Shown one piece after another: positions 9,010 to 16,511 of a stretch of DNA of 64,000 bases. The first letter of the stretch is position 1. Each line of letters begins with the position of its first letter. The notes beneath the pieces are model-generated. The model searched no databases and was not told the origin of the DNA. It was given only the letters and a program-made list of their open reading frames with translations. Location: the IMG/VR virus record IMGVR_UViG_3300046706_000011, positions 26,507-90,506 of that record. The stretch is one strand, 5' to 3'. Position numbers and translations under genes: made by a program. The DNA comes from a virus.

Positions 9010-10020
9010 GTGAAGAAACCCCTGGTTCTGATGACGGCCGGGTTGCTCGGGGCCTGCGCGTCGGGCTCGACCGCGCCGCCGCCGCTGGTGACCTACGTCC
9101 CGGCGATCCCGATCCCCCTGGCCCAGCCGGCGGCCCAGGCGGGCGCGGCGGGACCCCCGGCGACCCTGGTGAACCCCATCCCGACCCCGGAGCCGACCCG
9201 CTACAAGAGCCACGAGGCGGCGACGGCGGCGGCATCGCGCGCGGCGGTCGTCGATGCCCGCAGCGGGACGTTCGAGGGCGAGACCCTGAACTACCTGTAC
9301 CGGACGGGGCAGCGGTACAAGCTGGTGCTCGACGCGCCGAGCCACGAGGAATGGCAGGACGCCGGGGTGACCCAACTGTTCCTGGGACCGGGCGACGGGT
9401 CCGAGCCGGGGGTCTTCTTCGACGATCCGACGTGGTTCACGCAGGAGAAGCTGGCGAGCGGGATCGACCAGACCTCGATGCGGGCCAAGCGGGACCGGGC
9501 CCGGCAGGTCAGCGACGGCAAGTACCAGACCATCGTGACCCTCAAGTGCTGGAAGCCGGGCGCGGTGACGAACGCCTCGGTCACGACGCCGCAGCGCCCA
9601 TACCTGCTCCGGCTCCACTGCGCGACGCGCAAGGGGACCGGGGGCTACAACGCCACGGTCCAGTTCACCAGCGTCGGGGAGCAGGGCGTGCCCCCGGCCG
9701 AGGCCTTCGCGTCGGCCGAGGCGCCTGTCCCGGCCGGGTCGGGCCCGGTCGTGAAGGACACGGGCTACGCCGTGAGCGGTCCCGCCGAGTTCCGGCCGAG
9801 GGAATGGGCGGCGTGGAACGACGGGGCGGACACCCACGTCCGCCCGCCGGACTCGATACGGACCCGTCCGGTCCCGATGCTGCCGCCCGCGTCGCAGTTC
9901 GGCGTGGACCCGCAGACCGGCGAGTATTTCATCCGGGGGCTGCCGGCCGAGATCCGGTTCCCGTGGGGGCCGGAGCAACAGGTCGTCGTGAGAAGGACCA
10001 CCCAGGGAGAACCGCCGTGA
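9010..10020 (+). CDS. trbG: TrbG/VirB9-like core complex protein (lipoprotein signal)
   Basis: Lipobox LLGAC, VTNASVTTPQRPYLLRL and YAVSG..FRP..AWNDG..T patterns, located between trbF and trbI. Divergent. Confidence 0.72.
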   Translation: MKKPLVLMTAGLLGACASGSTAPPPLVTYVPAIPIPLAQPAAQAGAAGPPATLVNPIPTPEPTRYKSHEAATAAASRAAVVDARSGTFEGETLNYLYRTGQRYKLVLDAPSHEEWQDAGVTQLFLGPGDGSEPGVFFDDPTWFTQEKLASGIDQTSMRAKRDRARQVSDGKYQTIVTLKCWKPGAVTNASVTTPQRPYLLRLHCATRKGTGGYNATVQFTSVGEQGVPPAEAFASAEAPVPAGSGPVVKDTGYAVSGPAEFRPREWAAWNDGADTHVRPPDSIRTRPVPMLPPASQFGVDPQTGEYFIRGLPAEIRFPWGPEQQVVVRRTTQGEPP

Positions 10021-11288
10021 ACGACACCGACAGGGAAGACGCCGTGACCAAGGGCTCGGCACCGCTGGAGCGCCGGAAGCGGGGCGGGTGGGGCAGCGTG
10101 GTCAACCTGAAGGGGGTCGGCCTGATCGGGGCCGTCCTCGCCACCGGAGGCGTGGGCCTGTGGGCGGCCTGGGGCGTCCACGGGGAGGAGGAGCCGAAGA
10201 CGGTGGAAGCGAAGATCAATTCCGTGCCGTTCAACGCGGCGACCGCCCGTCCGATGCTGCCGCCCCCGATGGCGACCTCGGCGGAACCGGGGGCGTTGCC
10301 CCCCGCCGCCGGCCGCCCGGAGGACCGAGGGGGAGGGCGCGCGCCGCCGCCGCCCAAGCCGCCGCCGCCGCCCGTCCCGCGCCAGAACCGCCCGAAGTCC
10401 CTGGTGGCGGCGCCGGGGAACTGGGGGTCCGGGGCCACGCAGGCGACGGCGGTCTCACAGGCCCAGGCCGGGCGGGCGCGGGGTCGAGGCATGGACGACG
10501 ACGGGAACGACGACGGGGCCGCGATGGGATATTCCGGCGACGGCGAGGGAATGGACGACGGGGACGGTCACGGCGGCAGCCTGCGGTCCGAGCGGCGGCC
10601 AAGCGCCCCGGAGCGCGGGCGGGCCGGAAAGGAGCGGTTCTTCCGGGGCGAAGGGATGGGCGGGACGGCGCTCGACGTCCCCGGCGAGCTTCTTCCCGAG
10701 GTGGGCGGCTGCGTCCTGAAATCGGAGGAGTTCATCCCGGTCCAGGCCGAGCGGTTCACCAGCACCGCGCTGCCGGGCCGCATCCGGGTCCGCATCCCGC
10801 AGCCGGTCATGGGCCAGCACTTCCTCGGGAACGGGCGGGTCGAGGCGTGCGAGGCGATCCCGGCGTTCTCGACGATGTCGCTGGCGATCAACACGGCCGG
10901 GACGGCGCGCGGCGACACGCGGGTCCAGGCCTGCGCGCTGCGCCTGGACCTGAACGGCGGGGGGCGGCGGGTCCTGGGTTGCCAGCCGTCCCACGGCGGG
11001 GATGGGGCCGGCGGCATCGAGGCCGGGGTGGACTACGACCTGACCGGCCTGGGGGCGGCGATCCTGCTCGATGCGACGATGTCGGTCATAAATTCGCTCG
11101 GGGACCTGATCGCGGGCATTCCGGGCATCGCGCTCCAGGTCGGCGGCGAGCGGGTGGGTGCGATGGGAGACGAGATCATCCGGCAGGAGTTCGAGCGCCC
11201 CCCGACACTAACGATAGAGGCTGGTGCGTTGTTCGGAATTCAGCTAAATGCTGACCTGTCAATGCCACTGCGCAGGCGAGTCCGCTGA
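10017..11288 (+). CDS. trbI: TrbI/VirB10
   Basis: GTGA overlap with trbG. N-terminal TM, Pro-rich linker, STALPG, DGAGGI..GVD and C-terminal RPPTLTIEAG...NADL motifs. Confidence 0.85.
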   Translation: MNDTDREDAVTKGSAPLERRKRGGWGSVVNLKGVGLIGAVLATGGVGLWAAWGVHGEEEPKTVEAKINSVPFNAATARPMLPPPMATSAEPGALPPAAGRPEDRGGGRAPPPPKPPPPPVPRQNRPKSLVAAPGNWGSGATQATAVSQAQAGRARGRGMDDDGNDDGAAMGYSGDGEGMDDGDGHGGSLRSERRPSAPERGRAGKERFFRGEGMGGTALDVPGELLPEVGGCVLKSEEFIPVQAERFTSTALPGRIRVRIPQPVMGQHFLGNGRVEACEAIPAFSTMSLAINTAGTARGDTRVQACALRLDLNGGGRRVLGCQPSHGGDGAGGIEAGVDYDLTGLGAAILLDATMSVINSLGDLIAGIPGIALQVGGERVGAMGDEIIRQEFERPPTLTIEAGALFGIQLNADLSMPLRRRVR

Positions 11289-11636
11289 ATGCCCCGGAGA
11301 ACCGGAAAGATCACCGCCGATACGTCGTTCACGGGATTGCCGAGGGAGATGATCGACGCCGCCCTTGAGATTGCGGACAAGGAGTGGACCTACCCGAAAT
11401 ATGTATACGCGGACGCCATCCAGGAGTTGATCGACCGGCTGGACCGGGGCGAGGTGATCCAATGGCCCGCGTCTCGACCGAACACGGGGAAGAGGCCCTA
11501 CCATGTCCGGATCGATGTCGGGCTGATCAATCGGCTTCGTGAGACGTGCGAGAAACACAACGTCCGAAAGAACATCTTCTTCCTGGTTGCGCTGCGGGAG
11601 CACCTGAACCGCAACGGGTACCGCTTCGAGACTTGA
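11289..11636 (+). CDS. protein with two tandem ribbon-helix-helix-like motifs
   Basis: TSFTGLPREMIDAALEIA..KYVYADAIQELI and PYHVRIDVGLINRLRETCEKHNVRKNIFFLVALREHL. Confidence 0.55.
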   Translation: MPRRTGKITADTSFTGLPREMIDAALEIADKEWTYPKYVYADAIQELIDRLDRGEVIQWPASRPNTGKRPYHVRIDVGLINRLRETCEKHNVRKNIFFLVALREHLNRNGYRFET

Positions 11637-11661
11637 CCGGGACCGGTCGCCCCTGAGCGGT

Positions 11662-11877
11662 TCAGCCCGGCCCGGGGCGGACCGCGAGACGGCGTCGGAT
11701 GCGGCGGGGGGGCCGGTTCTCCCACCGGTCGAGCCAGCCGTCCACCGCGACGCCGACCCGGAAGGACAGCAGGCACACCAGCGCCGCCATGCCGGCGTCG
11801 ATGCCGGGCCTCAGGGACGGATCGACCTTCCAGGCCGTGCCGGCGACGGCGAGGGCGAACACCAAGACCAAATACAT
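11662..11877 (-). CDS. small 2-TM membrane protein
   Basis: ATG at 11877 with AGGAGAG RBS. MYLVLVFALAVAG..., 71 aa with a basic tail. Confidence 0.5.
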   Translation of the reverse strand: MYLVLVFALAVAGTAWKVDPSLRPGIDAGMAALVCLLSFRVGVAVDGWLDRWENRPPRRIRRRLAVRPGPG

Positions 11878-11908
11878 AACGGCTCTCCTAAGGTCATATA
11901 TCGAACGT

Positions 11909-11944
11909 TTGCGGTGGCGTTCAAACTGGAGTACAATGTAACCC
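11909..11944 (+). promoter_or_regulatory. sigma70-type promoter TTGCGG-N17-TACAAT with operator GGAGTACAATGTAACCC over the -10
   Basis: -35 at 11909-11914 and -10 at 11932-11937. The near-palindrome matches the 1523-1539 motif. Confidence 0.65.
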
Positions 11945-12161
11945 ACGGCGGGCCGGCGGGCGAACGAAATCCCTCGCGCAGGGGTGGACACAAAGTTGCC
12001 GCATTTGCTAAGGGAAGACGGATCGGAAGAATATTCGGTGACGGAGGAAGAAATGGTCCTGAATGGACGCCAATTGAGAAGACTTTTCAACACAGACGGT
12101 ATAGTTGGAAACCTGTCCGGACCGGGCGAATTCAGGACCGGGAACCTCGGAGGCCTGCGGC

Positions 12162-12851
12162 ATGGCTGACGACGCGCCGGGAGGCGACCCGTTCGAGGAC
12201 GGCGACGACGGGGGGTACATCCGGATCGAGGGCAGGGTCCCCAGCGTGGAGGACCGCGAGAAGATCGGGGCGGCGGCGGCGGCCATGGGAATGAGCAAGT
12301 GGCGCTTCGTCGGCCTCGCGGCGCTGGAACGGGCGACCGGGACGAGCCTGGACCCGGCCCGCCTTGAGCACGTCCTGGCGATCCAGGAATACGTCGAGGT
12401 CACCGGCCGAGCGCTGGTCCGGGGACTTGATGCCGTCCGGCGCGAGCTGGCGCTGTCCTCGACCGTCAGCGCCGGGCAGCACGACAAGATCCACGTCCGG
12501 CTGGGGCGGGCGCTGGACGCGCTTGAGGACGCGCGCCAACAGCTCGACGCATCGATGGCCGCGCACGCCCGCACCCAGGAGCTGCTTCTCGGGAAGGAGA
12601 CCCTGGTCGCGAAGCAGGCGCAGCACAACGGCGACCTGCTGGAGATCCTGCTGGAACGCCTGCCGAAGGCTGGCATCCCCGAGGCGGGGGGGCGGTATTC
12701 CTCGGCGCTGGCATCCACCGCCAGCCGCTTGGCGGAGCTCGTGAAGCAGTCGGACGGGAACTTCCGGCCTGCCTCGGCGGCGAGGTCGGACGACGGGGCC
12801 GACGGGTGCGTGGGTTGCCCGATGGCGACGCTGTCAACAACCGCCAGCTAA
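12162..12851 (+). CDS. RHH (MobC/DUF1778-like) N-terminus plus coiled-coil protein
   Basis: GGAGG RBS. IRIEGRVPSVEDREKIGAAAAAMGMSKWRFVGLAALE, followed by a helical heptad-rich region. Confidence 0.55.
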   Translation: MADDAPGGDPFEDGDDGGYIRIEGRVPSVEDREKIGAAAAAMGMSKWRFVGLAALERATGTSLDPARLEHVLAIQEYVEVTGRALVRGLDAVRRELALSSTVSAGQHDKIHVRLGRALDALEDARQQLDASMAAHARTQELLLGKETLVAKQAQHNGDLLEILLERLPKAGIPEAGGRYSSALASTASRLAELVKQSDGNFRPASAARSDDGADGCVGCPMATLSTTAS

Positions 12852-12910
12852 AGCAGGCGGCTTGTGAACTGAACCGTCGCGCACCTTTGCGCACAAATTA
12901 GAAGGCAGCC

Positions 12911-13543
12911 ATGGAAGACATCGCCCAAGAAAAGAAGCCGAGGCGGGGCCGGCGTCGGGGCCGCGTGGCCGACCCTGGGGGTCCGGGGGACGATGCCAAG
13001 ACCACGCAGACCACGACGATGCCGCGCTCCTTCTACTACGGCTTCGTCGTGCCCTACCTCGCCAAGAGGGCCGAGGCGGGGCTGCCGTCCACTTGGAACT
13101 GGCTGTCGATCGAGGCCGTGAGGCAGTTCATCGAGGACGACGACGGGGAGCCGGGGCCGGCTCCCGAGGCCGTCCACAACACGGACCGGCGGTTCGCGAC
13201 CCTGGAGCACGGCGGCGTGGCGCGCACGGTCTCGGAGTGGTCCAAGGTCCGGGGCATCCCCCGCCAGAAGATCCTCGCCCGGATGTCCCGGGGCTGGACC
13301 AGCGCCCAGGTGCTCGGCCTGGAGGAGGCGCCGACCCAGGCGAGGACGCTCACCGTCAACGGGGAGCGGGGCACCCTCGCGCACTGGACGAGCCGGTATC
13401 CGGTCAGTGCCGATCAGGTCAAGTATCGGCTCCGGCACGGCTGGAGCGACGAGGACGCGGTCCTGACGCCCCCCGGCGAACCCAGGGGGACGCGGGCGGC
13501 GTGGTCGCCGGCCGACATCAAGGCCTCCGGGGACGGCGCCTAG
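12911..13543 (+). CDS. putative DNA-binding protein with two phage-type G..T..(E/H)W....GI/V...RL..GW repeats
   Basis: TLEHGGVARTVSEWSKVRGIPRQKILARMSRGW and TLTVNGERGTLAHWTSRYPVSADQVKYRLRHGW. This module is usually seen C-terminal to phage HNH nucleases, but no HNH motif is present. Confidence 0.55.
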   Translation: MEDIAQEKKPRRGRRRGRVADPGGPGDDAKTTQTTTMPRSFYYGFVVPYLAKRAEAGLPSTWNWLSIEAVRQFIEDDDGEPGPAPEAVHNTDRRFATLEHGGVARTVSEWSKVRGIPRQKILARMSRGWTSAQVLGLEEAPTQARTLTVNGERGTLAHWTSRYPVSADQVKYRLRHGWSDEDAVLTPPGEPRGTRAAWSPADIKASGDGA

Positions 13544-13749
13544 TCGTCCGAGTTCAGGATGCGGGTGTTCTCCTCGATCCGGCGCGTGAACCGCTCAAGG
13601 TCCTTCGCGGTGGGCTGGCGCCCCTCCTCCTGCATCGTCTCCAGTTCCCGCCGCCATTCGTCGTAGGAGCGCTTCGCGTGCGGGTAGGCCTTCAGCGCGG
13701 CGATGGTCAGGTCCATGGCGCCGAGGATCAGGGCGACGGGGACGGTCAT
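13540..13749 (-). CDS. small lysis-module protein, 69 aa
   Basis: MTVPVALILGAMDLTIAAL..., ATGA-coupled to the upstream lipoprotein gene. Confidence 0.55.
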   Translation of the reverse strand: MTVPVALILGAMDLTIAALKAYPHAKRSYDEWRRELETMQEEGRQPTAKDLERFTRRIEENTRILNSDD

Positions 13750-14207
13750 GGGGCGGGTTCCTTCTCCGGGCCGTTCTCCGGGCCGTCCTCCAGGTCGGCG
13801 ACGACCTTGGCCTCCAGGTCGGCGCGCAGGCTGTCCAGCTCCTCGGTCACGCTCGCCAGGAAAGCGTCGTCGCCCTGGTCGAGCGCCATGTCCCCGAGTT
13901 CCTTCCAGCCGAGCGCCTCGTCGTTGACGCCCCTCAGGTCCAGGACGACCGCCCGGCACCGGGACTGGAGGGCCTTGGGCTTGCGCGAGCAGTCGCGCCG
14001 GTACTCCGCCGCGGCGGCGAGGGCGGCGTCGTAGGCGGCGACCGCCGTGTACCACGACTCGCGCGGGGTCCGCGGGGCCGGCGGGGCGGCGGCGCAGCCG
14101 GCCACCAGCAGGAAGACGGCGCAGGCGACGGCCAGGGCGAGCAGCGCCCACGGGGCGCTTCGGTCGGGCTCTCTCACGGGGGCCTCCGGGTTCGGGCGGG
14201 ACGGCAT
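13746..14207 (-). CDS. lipoprotein in lysis cassette (spanin-like candidate)
   Basis: Hydrophobic stretch ending LLVAGC and a helical body with two further Cys, directly after the endolysin. Confidence 0.55.
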   Translation of the reverse strand: MPSRPNPEAPVREPDRSAPWALLALAVACAVFLLVAGCAAAPPAPRTPRESWYTAVAAYDAALAAAAEYRRDCSRKPKALQSRCRAVVLDLRGVNDEALGWKELGDMALDQGDDAFLASVTEELDSLRADLEAKVVADLEDGPENGPEKEPAP

Positions 14208-15022
14208 CAATACTCCGGATAGTCCGGGTAGGCCGGGCGAGGCGGCGGGTACGGCGACCGGTTGCGCGTGAAGTAGGCCGCGAGGTAGGCGGTGCCGGTG
14301 GACGCGAGGGACGCGAAGAAGATCGCGGTCTCGGCGTCCATGGGGGTCTCGGGCATCCACTTGTCCCACAGGGCCTTGGCGACCCACGCGACCGGGACGC
14401 CCGCGAGGCCGCCCAGCGGGATGGCCTTGACCTTGCGCGTGGGCTCCGACGACGGCTGGTCCACGAGCGGCGGGACCGGGCGCTCCCCGGTCACGGGGTC
14501 CGATGCGGCCACGGCCGGTGACGGTGAGGGGGCCGGGGCCGGCACCCCGGGGACCGGCCGCGGGGCGGGGCGGGGCGGGGCCTCGTTCGACCCGCCGTAG
14601 GCCGCGTTGACCGCCGTCAGGATGGTCTCGTTGTCGTAGGGCACCGACCCGCACTCGACGCGGATCATCGCCGTGACGAGGGCGGCGAGCACGGACGGGT
14701 TCTCCAGGTCGAGCGCGTCCTCGGCGGCGACGCCGAGCGCCGCGCAGACGCTGGAGACGTAGGCCCCGGTGTCGTTGTCGTCCTCCGGCGGCGCCCACCG
14801 GGAGACGATGCCCTGGACGGTGCACAGCTTGTATTTCCGGTGGTAGGTCAGCAGGTTCCGGGCGCCGGCCCGGATGCCGTGGTGCGCATCGACGAAGGAC
14901 AGGAACTCGGCGTCGGCCTGGACCGGGGAGAGACCCTGCCAGCGGTCGGATGACTTCCTCAGGTTGAGCGGGTTCTGATTCCTTATACCCCTAGGGATGC
15001 CCTTGGTCTGGTATGCTTTCAA
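14207..15022 (-). CDS. putative endolysin (RGIRNxNP lysozyme-like family) with Pro-rich linker and C-terminal hydrophobic segments
   Basis: TTG start 8 nt after GGAGG. PRGIRNQNPLNLR, GIRA, TVQGIVSRWAPP, NDTGAY and AMIRVECG motifs. Confidence 0.75.
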   Translation of the reverse strand: MKAYQTKGIPRGIRNQNPLNLRKSSDRWQGLSPVQADAEFLSFVDAHHGIRAGARNLLTYHRKYKLCTVQGIVSRWAPPEDDNDTGAYVSSVCAALGVAAEDALDLENPSVLAALVTAMIRVECGSVPYDNETILTAVNAAYGGSNEAPPRPAPRPVPGVPAPAPSPSPAVAASDPVTGERPVPPLVDQPSSEPTRKVKAIPLGGLAGVPVAWVAKALWDKWMPETPMDAETAIFFASLASTGTAYLAAYFTRNRSPYPPPRPAYPDYPEY

Positions 15023-15531
15023 CGGACGTACCTCCGGAGCCCGATGCCGTCCGCCCTTCGGTCGATGAGGAAGGGCACGTCGGGCGGGTCCACGATGATG
15101 GGGAAGATCCTTTGCAGCGGGTTGCACGCGAAGGTCATGCGGATGCGGTAGGCTCCCGCGCCGTCATGGAGGTCGGGGGGCACCGGGATCGAGACCCGCC
15201 ACGTCATGACCTTCCCGATGTTGGACGCGGGCTCGGGCGGGTGGACGGCGCTCGCGAGCTGCGTGATGTAGCCGTCGATGATCCACCGGTAGGAGAAGCC
15301 GTCGCACAGCCTGAGGCGCCGGCCCGTCCACTCGACCAGGACCGTGGCGGCGCCGTCGTCGCGGACATCGACCGAGATGGCGCGGCCCACCATGTTCTCG
15401 ATGGGGGGCTCGTCGTCGGCGGCCCAGGCCGCGAACAGCACCGCCAGCCCCGCGAGGGCGGCGAACAGCAGCGGGGCGAGGACCTGGAACCGGCGTTCCG
15501 CGTACCCGATGCCCCTGGGACAAGCGGTCAT
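15019..15531 (-). CDS. membrane-anchored periplasmic protein, paralog A
   Basis: N-terminal TM, two Cys, C-terminal CNPLQRIFPI. Paralog of 15528-16097. Confidence 0.7.
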   Translation of the reverse strand: MTACPRGIGYAERRFQVLAPLLFAALAGLAVLFAAWAADDEPPIENMVGRAISVDVRDDGAATVLVEWTGRRLRLCDGFSYRWIIDGYITQLASAVHPPEPASNIGKVMTWRVSIPVPPDLHDGAGAYRIRMTFACNPLQRIFPIIVDPPDVPFLIDRRADGIGLRRYVR

Positions 15532-16097
15532 CGCGGTCGGCTCGACCGGTCGATCGCGAACGGCACGTCGGGCGGGTCGATGACGATGGGGAAGATCCTT
15601 TGCAGCGGGTTGCACGTGTACTCGACGTGGACCCGGTAGACGCCGACGTCATGGAAGTCCTTCGGGACGGTTATGGGGACCCTCCACCGGATGACCTGCC
15701 CGATCTCGCCGACTTGGGGCGGCGGGTACTGGATGTCCGGCAGGGGGGTTATGTACCCGTCGATGATCCACCGGACGGAGTTTCCGTGGCAGAGGCGCCG
15801 CCGGATCGCCATCCACTCGACGACCAGCCTGGCCGAGCCGTCCGGGGCGACCTCGGCGGAGACGACCTTGCCGGTCATGTTCTCCACGGGCGGGCTGGAG
15901 TCGAGCGCCCAGTAGGCGAACAGGCCGGAGAGCATCGCGAAGGCGCTGAGCAGCAGCGGGGCAAGGAACCGGAAGCGATGCTCGCCCCGGCCCAGGACCG
16001 GGACGTCCTTCGCCTCGGCCGGGGGATCGCCCGCGGGCAAGCCGGCGGGATGGGTGGGAAGGTCGGCGGGATGGGTGTGACCGGTTGGATCGCTCAT
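15528..16097 (-). CDS. membrane-anchored periplasmic protein, paralog B
   Basis: Same layout, sharing RWIIDGYIT and CNPLQRIFPI.DPPDVPF. ATGA coupling on both sides. Confidence 0.7.
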   Translation of the reverse strand: MSDPTGHTHPADLPTHPAGLPAGDPPAEAKDVPVLGRGEHRFRFLAPLLLSAFAMLSGLFAYWALDSSPPVENMTGKVVSAEVAPDGSARLVVEWMAIRRRLCHGNSVRWIIDGYITPLPDIQYPPPQVGEIGQVIRWRVPITVPKDFHDVGVYRVHVEYTCNPLQRIFPIVIDPPDVPFAIDRSSRPR

Positions 16098-16438
16098 GGC
16101 ATCGGGGCTCCCTTGAACAGCAGGGTGACGAGGCTCCCGAGGAACAGGGTGACCAGGACGCCCAACGGCGCCAGCATGTAGGTCTCGATCCTCTGGAACC
16201 GCTTCTCGGACGAGTCGCCGATCTCCCGGAGCTCCTTGTCGTAGTGCTCGCGGATCGCCTTGATCTCGCGGTCGTACTGCTCGCGGATCGCCCGGCAGTC
16301 CCGCTCGTTCTGGTCCCGGCAGGACTTGAGGTCGGCCTCGGCCCGCCGCTCGATCTCCTTCATCCGCCATTGGAGGAGGGAGAACTCGGCGGGTGACCCG
16401 GGGGATATCCCGGACCGGTCGTCGTCTCGGTCTGGCAT
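16094..16438 (-). CDS. coiled-coil protein with single C-terminal TM (XhlA-like holin candidate)
   Basis: Repeated AIRE.YD.E heptads, then MLAPLGVLVTLFLGSLVTLLF. First gene of the lysis cassette. Confidence 0.55.
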   Translation of the reverse strand: MPDRDDDRSGISPGSPAEFSLLQWRMKEIERRAEADLKSCRDQNERDCRAIREQYDREIKAIREHYDKELREIGDSSEKRFQRIETYMLAPLGVLVTLFLGSLVTLLFKGAPMP

Positions 16439-16511
16439 GGCGCTCTCCGGCCGCGGGGGTGCCCGCGGCCCTCGTGTTCGTCGGGTTGGGACGGTCCCGC
16501 CCGGCCGCCGG

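Noticed and set aside
11880-12160. oriT in the AT-richer region after the trb operon; also ORF 11984-12169
   Set aside because: I found no recognisable MOB-P/Q/F nick motif and no relaxase in the window. The ORF has no motif support. Neither can be excluded.
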